Shown here: piece by piece, positions 36,567 through 49,848 of the stretch
How the letters are laid out: each line of letters opens with the position of its first letter
Position numbering within the stretch: position 1 is the stretch's first letter
Made by a program: the position numbers and the translations under genes
NCBI RefSeq assembly: GCF_000143415.4
Contig: NW_003314278.1
Span: forward strand, 574,371 to 638,370
Reading direction: 5' to 3'
DNA: 64,000 nt
DNA from: Selaginella moellendorffii
Taxonomy: Eukaryota > Plantae > Lycopodiophyta
The notes under the pieces: generated by a model
What the model saw: only the letters and a program-made list of their open reading frames with translations
Told to the model about the DNA's origin: nothing
Database searches by the model: none

Positions 36567-38302
36567 ATGGGCACTCGTGTCGCAGATGATAGATGCTATC
36601 TCGTAGCACACTATACGAGCGTGTGGTCGTACCTGTGGCCTCACATCTCGCATTCTTTGGACGTCGGGAGTGTGAACTTGGATTGGAGGGCGAGATTTTC
36701 TCTGTTTATGCTCTGGATCGTGAGGTCTGTCTCTCAACCGCTGAAGCACTTTGGAAGATGGGTGGAGAAGGCAATTAACCTTTGTGCATCCAATGGAGGA
36801 ATTCTCAGGACCTTGTATACTCTTTCGATGGATCCACAAGGTAACTAGAATTGATTTCACGGTGTTGACTTTTGATTGTGTGCTGTTCCTCCAGCGCTTG
36901 TTGATCCTTCCGAGGATTCGGAGAGCTACCTAACTTTCAACGGCCACATGGAACCAAGAATCAGCCTCCTCCAAGCCCCTTCGTCTCAGCGTCTGTGTCT
37001 TTCATGTCCAGACTCCAAAGCGGTAGCAGATGTTTGTGCTATGGCGTCTAAGGTTGCGTATGAGAACCCGAAGTTCATCGAATTTGTCGTGAATCAGAAT
37101 TGGAAGGTAAGTCCAAGCCTTGCACAACCTCTGACTCCATCAGCTTCTCCTTTGCAGATGCATCTACTAGGAACTTACAACTGTTGGAACGGTAAGAGGT
37201 TGCTATCCAGTTTCATCTGACGTTGCCCTCACCCTTTCATGCTACAGAGTTTCAGAAAGAAAACTCGACTCAAGCATTCATCTTCGCGGACCGGGAAACT
37301 GATGCCGGAGCCATCGTTCTTGCCTTCCGGGGAACGGAAGCCTTCAATGCATACGACTGGTGCACAGACTTGGATTTCTCCTGGTACGAGCTCCCCCAGC
37401 TCGGCCGTGTCCATCTCGGATTCCTCGAAGCACTGGGCTTGGGCGACAGGAACAGGATGCAAAGCTTCCAGAGGTTGAAGCAGAACATCTACGAGAACTC
37501 GAGGACTCCGTTGCCACAGACTCCAACATCTGGATTACCCGACTTTGTCCTCAGCGATGAGACGAAGCTGCTCGCATACGACCACATCAGTGCGGAGCTC
37601 GTCACCATCCTCCGGAAACACAGAAACGCAAAGCTCTACATCACCGGTCACAGCCTCGGCGGCGCTCTGGCGACGCTCTTCACCGCCATGCTCTTCTGCA
37701 ACCGGGAAGAGAATCGAGTCTTTTACAGCACCGAGGACGACGTTGCCAGGAGGCTCGCGGCGCTCTATACGTTTGGCCAGCCCCGCGTTGGGGACAAGAG
37801 CTTTGCGTCCTTCATGGACACCAGCTTAAACAAGCCAACCATGAGGTACTTTAGAGTTGTCTACAATAACGACATGGTAGCTCGAGTTCCCTTCGACAAC
37901 TCTTTGTTTGGCTTCAAGCATTTCGGGAATTGCTGCTACTTCACTTACAACTACACCCTCCAGGTAGTTTACTTCGAGACACTGCTCTCTGTGTAGGATC
38001 CATATTAACGTTCTGCACAGATCCTTCCAGACGAGCCATTTCCCAATTTCTTCTCCCCGGTTTACATGGTGCTGTCCCGGCTTTACGCGCTGTTCGAGCT
38101 CGTCCAGAGCTTCTTCATGAGCTATAGATATGGCGGGGAGTTTAGCGAGACGAGGTTGTCCACTGTGGCAAGGATTGCAGGCTTGCTCGTGCCTGGGATC
38201 GCCGGCCACAGCTTGGTGAATTACATCAACTGCGTCAGGCTGGGGCCCGACCATCTCGATCCGGCGTGCCTGCAAAACATGGAGTGGGATAAATCCCAGT
38301 AA
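36567..38302 (+). CDS. OBL-like class 3 lipase, copy 3, apparently intact (5 exons)
   Basis: Same span (1736 bp) as copy 1. All four GT-AG introns and the GHSLGG/Asp/His motifs are retained. Confidence 0.85.
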
Positions 38303-39726
38303 GCATCGCAACTTCGTACATGTCAAATAAAACTTACACATTGTCATTCAGAAAATATAAAAAATGAACACAATTACATTGCCTTCAAAACTGAATGCAC
38401 AATGGAATTCTCTGTATGGAGACAGGGCTATTACTGGTGAAAATGCAAGCATGGAATGAAACTATGCAATTTATCCTTACCACCCAGAAAGGAACCATAG
38501 ACAAAGCATTGATGATTGAATCTATCCACCTCGAGTATGAGTTCCACAAAAGATGGTGGCATGACTGTGTGGCTTGTTGCAATCAGATGTCCTCTATTTC
38601 TTTAACTACAGCTCTAACTCTACAATATCTTTCCACTCCAAATTGCCACTTGTGCCTGGAGTGCTTCCAAGTTGAAAATGTTGTTGATGCTGTTGAACAA
38701 CATTAATTCAAACATTCAATCCCATGGTTTTCAGAGAAGTGGATTGAATAGTGAACATTAGCCATGCCATCTAAACCCAAGCTTCCAAGAGGCATGTGGT
38801 AATACATTGGTAAAAGTTTTGATATTTTAAACAAATATAGTACTCAAGTCTAGGCTATGTAAGGCTATGACATGAATAAATTATAATCTATATGAATAAT
38901 TATATAGCATATAAACTCTAGAAAACTATTTGGATAACAATGTCTCAGTGAAAAATAATTTATTTGGAAAACTATACACTAAAAATTATGTGAAAAATCC
39001 ATATGAAAATGAAAATTTATACATAAGGCTAAAAATATATTAAAAAAACAATACCAAAAGGATAGCCGCACACCAAATTTGCAAGTGGGAAAAGCCGTGT
39101 TTGATCGCTTCGTGGAGTCTGGACAGTGGCTCCAGTGACATGCTCATGGTCAAGCTCTATTGCCTGTGGAAGAAGTTATTGCTCGTTTTGCAAACCATGG
39201 CAGCCAAGTTTGGCATTTCCTGGATTGTCAATGGACAAGCAAACAGGTGGCATTGTAGTGGCTACACTCGGCAGTGCAGCGTGGGAGTAGAGAGAAGATC
39301 GAGGTATAGTTTCAAGAGATTGCGAAAAGATCTTTACATATACTTCCAGCACAGCTATAAAAAATTGGAAAACCTGAAAACACCGACATTTCTCAAGTGT
39401 TTATCGTTGGCTGAGCACCTAAGTGATCTCTTGCGTGCGTTCCACGCATTGAGCGCATCCTGGGGACTTGGTGATTTGACGACCAACAAGAGTCTTGAGC
39501 ATGCTATCGTAGAACCTCTTTTGCCCCCTGGCAAGCTCCGCTTCACCGCCAAGGGTAGGCATCTTGTTATACCCTTGTACCGTCCTGCAAGTCTGTCAAT
39601 ACCAAAAAGCTTGGAAACGCAGCTCTTACCTGATGAAGAAGCGGCCACCGGGTGAAGACCATTGGGGATTCTCATCTTGATCTTAGCAAAGTCCTTCTTC
39701 CACGTTTCGAAGTTGTTCTGTAATTC

Positions 39727-40401
39727 CATGAAAGGGTGAGGGCAACGTCAGATGAAACTGGATAGCGACCTCTTACCGTTCCAACAGTTGTAAGTTCCTA
39801 GTAGATGCATCTGCAAAGGAGAAGCTGATGGAGTCAGAGGTTGTGCAAGGCTTGGACTTACCTTCCAATTCTGATTCACGACAAATTCGATGAACTTCGG
39901 GTTCTCATACGCAACCTTAGACGCCATAGCACAAACATCTGCTACCGCTTTGGAGTCTGGACATGAAAGACACAGACGCTGAGACGAAGGGGCTTGGAGG
40001 AGGCTGATTCTTGGTTCCATGTGGCCGTTGAAAGTTAGGTAGCTCTCCGAATCCTCGGAAGGATCAACAAGCGCTGGAGGAACAGCACACAATCAAAAGT
40101 CAACACCGTGAAATCAATTCTAGTTACCTTGTGGATCCATCGAAAGAGTATACAAGGTCCTGAGAATTCCTCCATTGGATGCACAAAGGTTAATTGCCTT
40201 CTCCACCCATCTTCCAAAGTGCTTCAGCGGTTGAGAGACAGACCTCACGCTCCAGAGCATAAACAGAGAAAATCTCGCTCTCCAATCCAAGTTCACACTC
40301 CCGACGTCCAAAGAATGCGAGATGTGAGGCCACAGGTACGACCACACGCTCGTATAGTGTGCTACGAGATAGCATCTATCATCTGCGACACGAGTGCCCA
40401 T
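39727..40401 (-). pseudogene. OBL-like lipase copy 4, truncated in intron 3 (lacks the catalytic exon)
   Basis: Exons 1-3 are present; homology stops at 39727. Confidence 0.9.
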
Positions 40402-41608
40402 ACTGGAAAAAGCCTCACAATGTCGAAGATCAAGAGCGAAGAGAAGAATAAGAGGATAGCTTTAAAACATAAAATTCCGACTTACCACAACTCCTTATCA
40501 AAAAGAGGATTTTATAAAGTGATAAGTCTTCTTGAAACAACTCGGCAACCGCGGAAACTTCAATCCCGCACGTATCCTTCTGCAAGTTTTTGCAAAAACA
40601 CGAGGTTAGCGCCCACACTGTGTACTTTGCCTACTAGCCTTCCACGCCAATCTCAACGTCCTGGCCGTCGTCTAGTTGCTTCTCCCGATTCCGGACGCTG
40701 ATCTTTCGGAACTTTTGCTGCCACCTCTGTTGTTGCGTTTGAATTCCTGCGTCGCGACTCGGCCTTCCCTGTGTTGATACACCTGCTTTCCCGGACATAT
40801 CCTCATTTTCGCGCCTCCGTGATAAACATCCGGAAGACTCGGACCACTTCCTCGCCCAGAGCGTTGCACTTTCTTTCTGCCGCAACGTTGCTCGAGTATC
40901 CTGCTTGAATTAAAGCACCTGGAGAATAACGAAGTCGTCCCAAAGGTCCGAGAGATGGGACTTCCAAACTCTCTCTCCTTAAGACCGAATTCTGACCGGT
41001 AATCTGACCGAAATCTGCTGAAGTGCTTGAGCCAATAGAAAGGTCTTCATCTGGACTGCTAAACCTCCATCTATCAACCCGTGATGGCCACAACTCTTCC
41101 TCGGAACTGCATTGCGTCAGCCTTGCTGCTATAAACCGTTGTCGGGTATGGAAGAACTTCAGGAAAACAAGAGCTCCTCCTTGGGCTCCTCGAGAGAGGC
41201 AACACAAAAGGCCCGCCCAATGGAGCTTCACTTAGCTGGCCATGTTTCTTCTTCACACTTCTTCTGGCCTTTTTCACTGATGTAGTTTTGGAGGCGGTCA
41301 GTGCTCTGATTCTCTTCTCAGCGTTAACCAGGATGATATGAAGGTTGGCCATATCGCTTTCAGATGGTAGTTCGTGTGGCACGGGATCGTCAACTCTGAA
41401 ACTCTGAAAAAATATCACACAAGAAAAGAAAAGGAGAAAAGGTTCAGCTTCTAGCCATCTTCACGATGGAAATAAAAGCAAGGCACTCACCGCCCGGTTG
41501 GATTCGCTTTTACGCTTATTGTTCTTCGCCAGCTGAAGTTTCCGGTAAGTTGAAAACGGAGCGCGTAATCAAACCGAGCATCTTCACAGGAGACGACCGG
41601 GATCAAAC

Positions 41609-42605
41609 TCAACAGTTTGTCTTTAACCGCATCGGGACGAGGCGTCCCAGACCTCTTCTCAAACTCCTGTTCCAGATTCTGCAAACAAAGCCGACATGAG
41701 GGCACGTACAACTATGGAATCTCTTACCAAAAGTTCTTGTCCAATTGAGTTCAGTGCTTTTGGAGTCATCTGGTCGATGTAAAGGACACCCTGTGCGAAC
41801 AAATACCACGGCCACCTTGATGTTTGCACAAAAATAAAACAAACGAGACATTATCTCCAGGTGATCATACTCATGTCGGAAAATTCGAGCAGTCGCCCCT
41901 GAAGGTGGTACCAAATTTCTTCCCGTTGATGTCTTGAGCTTTCAACTCGGATTGATATTGGTCTCTGGAAACAAAGACGCAAGGTATAAAAGAGAATCTC
42001 TATGTACAAAGGAATAGCACCTAGACATCGGCTTGAGCGCCATAAAAAGGTAGGCATCCTTCGAGAGTATCAACTTCTCGCTCTTTCCCAAACTTGACAG
42101 TCATTGGATTCACGAAAACGTACCCTTTGCCTTTGCCTAATTGTGGAGTCGACAAGCCTACTCCATCTCTCCTGGCAAAAATGAAAGAAAGACAAGAAAA
42201 CAAGGCATGCCAACGTTGGACAGTAATGAAATTCGCGAGGAACATACCTGTACGTCACGTCCAGCATAAGCTTCTTGACATTATCATCGAAGGAATTGAT
42301 GCGGATGTTCCTCGCGCGGAGCTTGGGATCGGGATACAAAACAAAGCTAAGATTGGAATTGAATTCCACAGGGCCAGCTGCGAGGAAACAAGAAAATCAG
42401 GAGGCAAGAACCCTATACCACGCAATTTCACCATCGGCTTCCACTCTCTGTGAACAGTCGTGTAGCTGCCGTTATCACTTGAAATCCTCGCTGCTGCTGC
42501 TGTTGCCGGAATGTGCCCGTATTCAATCTCGATCGTGCTTCCAGGAATCCATTCCGAGCATTCGATGGCGCCACGGATTTCCGCCACGCGACGGCACATC
42601 ACCGC
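41609..42605 (-). pseudogene. PDF1B: PDF1B-like pseudogene, copy 4
   Basis: YPDPKLRARNIRINSFDD, GVGLSTPQLG (followed by a deletion), EGCLP, TAG, HEYDHLE. The donor after HLE is mutated GT to AT. Confidence 0.85.
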
Positions 42606-43319
42606 CAGAAATTAGGGTTCTTGCAAGGTTTTATATTGGCTGCTTGAGATTTCTCTATGGTAAATTTTGCCAAGACAAGACTGAAAATAAAGTGGAACTT
42701 CTCTCGGCTCTAAGATAGCAGCTCAAAGGCATTCTAATTGAGTTGAGCTATAGAACTTATCTATATTTCAAAACCGAACACTTCGATTTCAAGATATAGG
42801 TTTGTGAATTACTTGGATTTCAATATCAACATCTTGACATTAGCATAAGAGAATGTTTGAAAGAACTGATTGATAAGTATTTGAATGTGATTTCAGGTAA
42901 ACAATTATGTGATACACTCCCCCCTAGTAAACTGTCAAGGAAAAAATTAATAATTTGCACACTTTATAAAAGTGGGTGGATAGCCATGCTTCTCTCCAGA
43001 ACTTCCAGCTTGGAAACGGAAGCCTCAAGCAAGTAGCAAGCATTGGAGCATCGGCCACTTCAATATGGTTCTCCAATTCAGGTAGGACCTCTAGCACTAC
43101 CTGTCTTTTCTGCTCTCCACATATCCTGAGCACAGTCCAAAAGAGCCCCGGAATTTCATCTTGACGAACACTTTTATATTCCCCTCCATTAGGAAACAAA
43201 ACTCATGAAAGATCACGGTAAAAAAGTTAAAATCATTTCTTCTCTATGCAAGCATCATAGGTTTGCTGCCGTGGGGATGTCAGGCTCTTCATTGCGTCAA
43301 CAAGCTCATCGCCAACGAG

Positions 43320-43531
43320 TCGTGCGATGCGCGGGACTGCGCTGGGAAAGCCAAGAAGATCTCCACGAAGTGCTTGGGCATGATCGCGGGCGGGGTCTCC
43401 TCCGCGAAGATCCGTCCACCTCCGCCGCTACCTCCTTGAGCTGCTCCAGCGATTCCTTGCTCCCTCCATCGCAACAATTCTCCACGAAATGGGTGACAAG
43501 GGAGAGTAGCATCGGCGCCGAGAAGCGGTAG
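43320..43531 (-). pseudogene. NPH3-domain-like gene fragment
   Basis: Across a frameshift: LLSLVTHFVEN...LKEVAAEVDG/IFAEETPPAIMPKHFVEIFLAFPAQSRASHDS. This resembles the NPH3 segment VAKLVDGYLAEIA...KF..LAE..P..AR..HDGL. Confidence 0.45.
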
Positions 43532-43622
43532 CTAAATTTCTTCCCATTGATGTCTTGAGCTTTCAACTCGGATCGATATCGGTCTCTGGAAACAAAGACA
43601 CAAGGTATAAAAGAGAATCTCT
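43532..43622 (-). pseudogene. Additional small PDF1B fragment (intron end plus RPISIRVE-AQDINGKKF exon start)
   Basis: Reverse complement of the 3530-3615-type sequence. Confidence 0.8.
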
Positions 43623-45559
43623 AATCATGGGATGAAATTTGGATATACTATCATCGTGAATATTTGGAACCTTGGGAGATAAATAAGGATAAAATAGATC
43701 AAATAATTACCCCTTTTCCAATTGGCTTAAGGGAAGAGAGATAAGGTAATTTATAAATATAAGAATTAAAGCTTACATGGACTTCCTCTTCCATGAAGGT
43801 TGTTAATTGCTTTGGCTAGATGATGTCAAATAGTAGTGGTGCTAAAGTAAAGCTCTATGTAATCAGCTAAGCATGTAGTTGAAGTGTAAGACACAAATCT
43901 CTAAACCCCCAAAATAGAGCTAAAAGCATGCCATATGGCAATGGCCAAAGCAAAAGTCTTAATATAACAAAAGCTTTAACTCAAAAAGTCGAAAGTAAAA
44001 GTGAAACTCCCAAAAAAGTGCTTATAAGTGATATTGTTGTATAAGAGGATCAAGATGATGAGGCCAGTCAATTCCACCTTAAACAACAGCAAGTATTGCA
44101 TCGACAAAATGACACTTGGTTACCAACTTATTTATACACTACTCTAAATCTTCTAAGCAAAGTCCTTAGAGTGTTAACAACCTATCCCTTCCTTGGCACT
44201 TAGAGAAGTGGACTCTATAGATTTTACAATTCTTTGAAGAACCAATCCAAGAATAATTTCTTCAATGTAATTGCAATTGATGTAAAAACCCATGAGCTAG
44301 TTCAGACTTAAGTCCAATATGACCAACTTTTAAAGGTACACCACCTTCTAGTGAGTTGTTTCCAAGCTGGTGATCTATGATGTTTTGTAGCACTCCCAAG
44401 GATGGCGAGATTTCTTAGTCAGGTTGTTTGAAGAGTTCAAATGCCACCATAGGTTTTGCATGTGAGAGATGTCCAAAGGTATAATTCCATGCAAATTGTT
44501 GTAACTCAAATGTGCAATAGTCAGTTTGGTGCAATTCTTGAGATTTGGCAAAATGATGCCTTTGGAGTTTGTTCATCCACACAAGAAAAATGCTAGAGAC
44601 ACAAGTTTATTTTGTGTGTCCTTGACAACTGGGAATGGGGACAATGAATAATAAGATTATAGTGATAGACAATGCTTGAGAAGTGGCAAAGGATTGTCTC
44701 AAGCTATTCTAGATCATTGTTAATTCTAGAGCATTTTGATCCAAGATGTAGAGAAGCTGTTCATGGCAAAGAGGTTTACATTACAAGTTTTGGATAGGTA
44801 CTAACATCAGCTCTAGACAACATAAGGTACACTTTTATGAAAGAAGCTGGTGTAAGACTGTAAGCTATTTTAAAAATTGTGTGACTCTAGGGTTTCATAT
44901 TCTCATCTCTCACTACTTTTTGTTGAAGTAATTAGATGTTCCTGGATCAGATGTCCTTGAAGTTCTCATTTGTTAGATGCATCATAGCTGCTAGATACAT
45001 ATCAAAGCATGCCCGACAAGCAAACAGATTTAATAAATGCCACTTTCATCAAAGCATAGGATATGAGATAAGATAAAAGAGCCACAATATTATTACATGA
45101 GTAAAAACAATTACCACTGGTTGAATATTTTTTTAGAGAAATAAAGAACTAGTTCCTTGCCTATTCTAAAATCAGCAAGTGCTTTCAAGCATGTTACACA
45201 ACTGGGTCACCGAAATATGTTACATAAGCTTGTGGTAAACATTCACTTATGGTTGAGCCATGATTTTACTTGAGTTTAAAAGATGGTGTCTTTCCAACAT
45301 CTGTACGCATTCCTAGTTGGTGATGGTGGCATATGTTTATGACATTCTTCAAACACCTATTCTTTTTACAACTTCAATCTGGGCTACTATCAGATAGACA
45401 AGTATGTACCACAATCTGTTAAAAACCACTATATTCTTACAGAGAATGAGTGATCTACTATCACCAATTCTTTTTGTGATGCGAGATGAAGAGGAAGTGT
45501 TCTAGAACTATGCTTCTTTGATGGAACAATTGGGTTTAAATTTCCACCATGATCAAAAT

Positions 45560-47900
45560 GGCATGCACTTGCAGCTTTTTCACTTTGGTGATTACATACT
45601 CTCTATTGGGTTCTGAGTTTAGTTGTATGCATTTTATTTTAACATTATAGTGATGGTTAGAGAGTTGCTCGCAATATTGAGATTGGGGTGAAATGAGATG
45701 TCTCTCCGAAAGATTGATGTCGAGTTTCATTAGTCTCGATGAAGATAGTGTTGATGATTTGGCTATGGCTTTGTGTTATTGGCATTCGTGCATTTGCTAG
45801 TTAGCAACTATGTTGATGTTCAAACGAGCAGAGTGGCAAGTTTGATGTGTTTTAAACGAGATTATTTAGTAGAGGTTGAGTTTTAGCTTTTCCTTGAAAA
45901 GTGATTTAGTCGTAGGCAACATTAACTTTACGAGATGAAGAGTTTATGATTGATATTGAAGATGTTTGAATCCTTGTTGGATTTGAGTTGGAATATATTG
46001 ATCATTGATGATTCTTTTTGTGCTTATTATGACATGAGTTACATCTTGCTATAGATGGATTCATGAAGGATCATTTAGTGATCACTTGTTGAGCATAACT
46101 TTATTATGTTTGGCTTTTGGATTGATGCAAATATACTCTTCATTAGCTTTGCATTATGAAGTTTAACTTCTAGATGTGTTGAGGAGTATGTTATGAGTTA
46201 TACCATGATTTTCTTCTTAGCATTGAAGTTAGTTGATGTGAGGTTTGTGATCATTATTATGCAAGACTTAGCTATTTTTCTTTAAGCTTTTAATGGTATT
46301 GCAAAAAGCCATAAGCCATCAAAGAGAACAACTAACCATCATGAAAGATCATAAATTATCCCATCAATAAAGAGATGCATAATCATCGTTGAAGAAAGAA
46401 TCCACCATCCCAAAGAACAGCGAATCATTCTATATCAATAACAATCAAACAAAACTTTTTGACAAGGATAATCAACTATCTTAGATCATAGTCAATCATC
46501 ACCAATGATTGCTAGATGCAAAAGCTAACTTTAGCATCGAAGCTAATGAGCCAAAATGCCTTCCCCTAACAACTTCTAACAAATGGAACAATGAGCATAA
46601 AACTCAAAGAAACTTGAGTTCCTTGGTGTTGTTGGTTGAGATCTATTCGAATTGGCTAGTGTGATAGTTGGCATGAACGGATGTTTGTTGGTTTTGCGAC
46701 ATTCATTCTGTTCTGTTGATCATTGCTTAAGTTAGTTCTGATAGATTAGAATGTTATTTCCTTTGGGTGATACATTCGTGAGTAATTTACTTGCCAATTG
46801 ACGATATTTTGTATTTTTTGAGTTATCTTTCATAAGTTGTTTGGCATTCTGTCTACAATCTTTAATAGTTAAGCTTTATTATTGAGTTTTCTTGATGATA
46901 CACTAGCTATTGAATTTTGTTGGATGGTGAATTCTATGTTTTCCAATGATAGTGATCTTGATGGTTCCTATCCTATAATACTAGTTTATCGGATGATAAC
47001 TTACTTGGGATACTTTTGTGTTCTCATCTAAAATTTATTCACTGATAATTAAGTCTCTAAAATATCATTGTCTTTGATTTTGATATTGTCCATTTATTAA
47101 TCTTTGAGTTTAGGCCAGTATAGGTAGATTAGCTTCGGCACTTCATGTGCATGATGAAATCTCTAGTCATGGGGTAGCTACTGTCGACTGATCATATAAC
47201 CCGCCTCTCTGTCGATGTTCCTTATTCCATTCAAAGGGCATGACCATGTAAATAACTCTATCTGCCTGTTTACAGTAGTCTATCTAAACCTTACCAACAG
47301 ATTTGGTTTCTTTGCTCAGGAGGGTTGGGGCCTCTGGCTTCTCTCTCTATGTTTTTGCGGGCAAGGGCGTATCACACTTTTGTAAGCTGGGTGACACGCA
47401 GAGCAACAAGGGTGGCTGACTCCGTTGGTCATTTCCTTGTCAGCGACAGCCGGAAGGTGTTTGAGTGGGTAGCACATCCACGTTAGACAAAGAGATTACT
47501 TCATAATTCATTTAAATTGATACATTTCTCACATAGTATGAATACCATGAATTTTTTCTGGAGTTTTTTCCTTGGCGGTATTCTAAACTGGAGTATGCAT
47601 CGACGAGGACGTCGATCTTCCCTAGGGGGGGAGAGTGTTGCGAATGTGAATTCGGGTATCGAAAGTTACCTGTCGGTTAATCCTTTTGGATATTCTTTCC
47701 TTACTGCCACGATGGCAGGAGGTCGGTATTGCTAGACTCATTATTAGTCTCCGCCTAAGCTAGTTGAGAAACTGGTCTTCACGTGTGCACTTGACTAGAT
47801 GAGCATAAGGAAAGAATTCCTAAGTGTCTATTTAGTCAATCATATTTGACCTAGTTAGAAAAACTCATTTATTGACTTGCACTTGTTAGTGTTGGGAACC
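45560..47900 (+). mobile_element. Very degenerate gypsy-like LTR retrotransposon remnant
   Basis: Polypurine tract AGGGGGGGAGAG (47624-47635) followed by TGTTG. Upstream sequence has faint RNase H/integrase-like remnants with many stops. Confidence 0.35.
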
Positions 47901-49848
47901 CCCGCGATATTGAGATTGGTTCCTTAATATTCGCTAAATGATAGCTTACCGTGTTTACTAAACACCCTCGCTATCATGCCCTTTGTGTTAATCTCATTCC
48001 AGTCCCAAATGTTATTTATGGAAAGTGTTTAGATTTACTCATTTGGCATATTTATAGAATATAGAGATTGTTCTGAACACAATGGTGTTTGTCCTGTATC
48101 CAAATTCGCAATCTAATGCCATTTCATATTTAGTAAGTTTCGAATTTGTCCCAGAGACTAACTCCTGATACTAAGGGAGGCTTGGGGTGAAAGCCCAAAG
48201 CGTGTGTTCCTCAAGAGGGGGGGGGGGGGGGGTCTAAATGTATAGTAAGGATAGTGGGTAGGTTGGGCATGGTTGACTAACCTGAGGCATAGTTTAGCTC
48301 CCGCTTGCGTGTCTGTCCTTGTTCTGCATCCGGCTTGGGACTAAGCCTAAGTTCCATTCCATGCTAACTGGTGGAGTACCCATGTCCTTGTGTTAGGCCA
48401 CCGGTATGCCGAAATAGCACTAGACTCCATTTGGCTCTGTTTTACGTGCTAGTCCTGGCAAAGGGATGCTGGTTGCTCTAGGACTATTCCAAGTCGCTCT
48501 GGGCTCCTGTCCCTTCGCTCCTTGGGGTGTATGCTTGAAAGTTACTCTGTGGTTCAGTTTTGTCACTCCTTGGCTCCATGCTTGGGAGTTTAGCACCGTT
48601 CCTTCGTTCAATGGCCCAAGGCCCTGAACCTCGGGTTCTGCACCATTGTCCTTTGGACACGTGGCATATGACACGTGGGATGTATCATGTGGCATAAAGA
48701 GGGTTTAGGTTCCGCTTTGTGGTGTTATCCTATGGTAAATCACCATAGGATAAAGGGTCAAAACCACATGCACTACAATCGAGTTGTCACAATAACTTTG
48801 TTGAAAACCATGAGAAGGTAGAATAATGATTCATTCAAAGTTGTGATCTTGGATGTTGTATTAGGTGATTGGAACACAAACACTTTGAATTGAGAAAGGA
48901 TAAAGTATATGAGTCACTTGGTGTGGTAAGTTTTATTCTTTCCATAGCATTGTAAAGAAAAAAATCACTACCAAGAATGCATATGCACTTATTGTAAGCT
49001 ATCTTCAAGATTCATGGCTTATAAATGCATGTGATTATAAAGCCCAAAATCAAAACTGCCCACAGAAAAGAAAAAAAAAGAAAGCATACTACCTGTGTGT
49101 ATATCTAAAGTCAAGAGGTGATCATCTCATTCATTGCCTCATAAATGGCAAGAGAAGAAGAACTTGGACTTGTACCAGAACTTGATGTGGTGTGGTTAAG
49201 TAGTATTGACTACCTCAACTAACCAATACCACATGGAAGTAAGAAAGAGCTTGAGTTTAACTATGAGTTTATCTTTCTTAATCTTTTGAGTTTAGATTCA
49301 TGATTGGAGTTTTAAACAATAACCCTTTAATGAAGTGAAGATTTTTTCTAGATTCTCGAGAGTTCATATCCACAATTTCTCATTGTCAAAATTCATGACT
49401 TTAAAAGCTTAAGGTGAATTCTTGAAGTTTTATAAAGAGCTAGTTGCTAGAATTTGGCAATTGAACTTCTATTACTATGGATGCGCTTATACTCTTTCTT
49501 TTGGATTTGAAAGTATACTTAATCAACTCTTACACTTGCAAAATTATTGTGACCAACTTACAAAAATTGTAAATGACTATTGAATTACACTCCTTTAGAC
49601 ATGGCTCTCCTTTTTGTCTTTTTCAGACCGAATAAAAAGTTATGTAAAAGGCCACAAAATCTCATCACCAAATCATTGTTCTAGTATTTTATTTTTCATT
49701 TTTTTTCTCCTTTCAGATTGAAAACATTTTCTACTTCTGCCACCAAAGCTAGGATTCCTGCTAGTTTCAAATTTAAATTTGCGCTGATCGAAGATTCTAG
49801 ATTCATATAAGCCCTAAACCCCTCCACTCTCTTTCTAGGGTTTTAGGA

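Larger units (their letters stand above)
2387..39726 (+). repeat. Direct tandem segmental array: unit 1 (2387-~14140, 5'-truncated by gypsy), unit 2 (~14145-~31990), unit 3 (~31995-~39070, internally deleted), start of unit 4 (~39075-39726)
   Basis: Near-identical sequence and ORFs recur: MIASWSLDSGSSD at 14178/32027/39101; lipase at 4735/22014/36567; lectin at 7333/24433. Confidence 0.95.
39727..43319 (-). repeat. Inverted partial copy of the array unit (gene X 5' part, PDF pseudogene, lipase exons 1-3)
   Basis: Reverse complement of ~33440-37241, with a sharp junction at ttctgtaattc|catgaaaggg. Confidence 0.95.

Noticed and set aside
2387-43319. Array as a pure haplotype-assembly artefact
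   Set aside because: Four copies with distinct insertions, deletions and an inversion exceed two alleles. Local misjoins cannot be excluded without reads.
48725-48753. Hairpin as a Helitron 3' end or bacterial terminator
   Set aside because: No CTRR terminus at the expected distance on either strand, no U-tract, and the DNA is eukaryotic.
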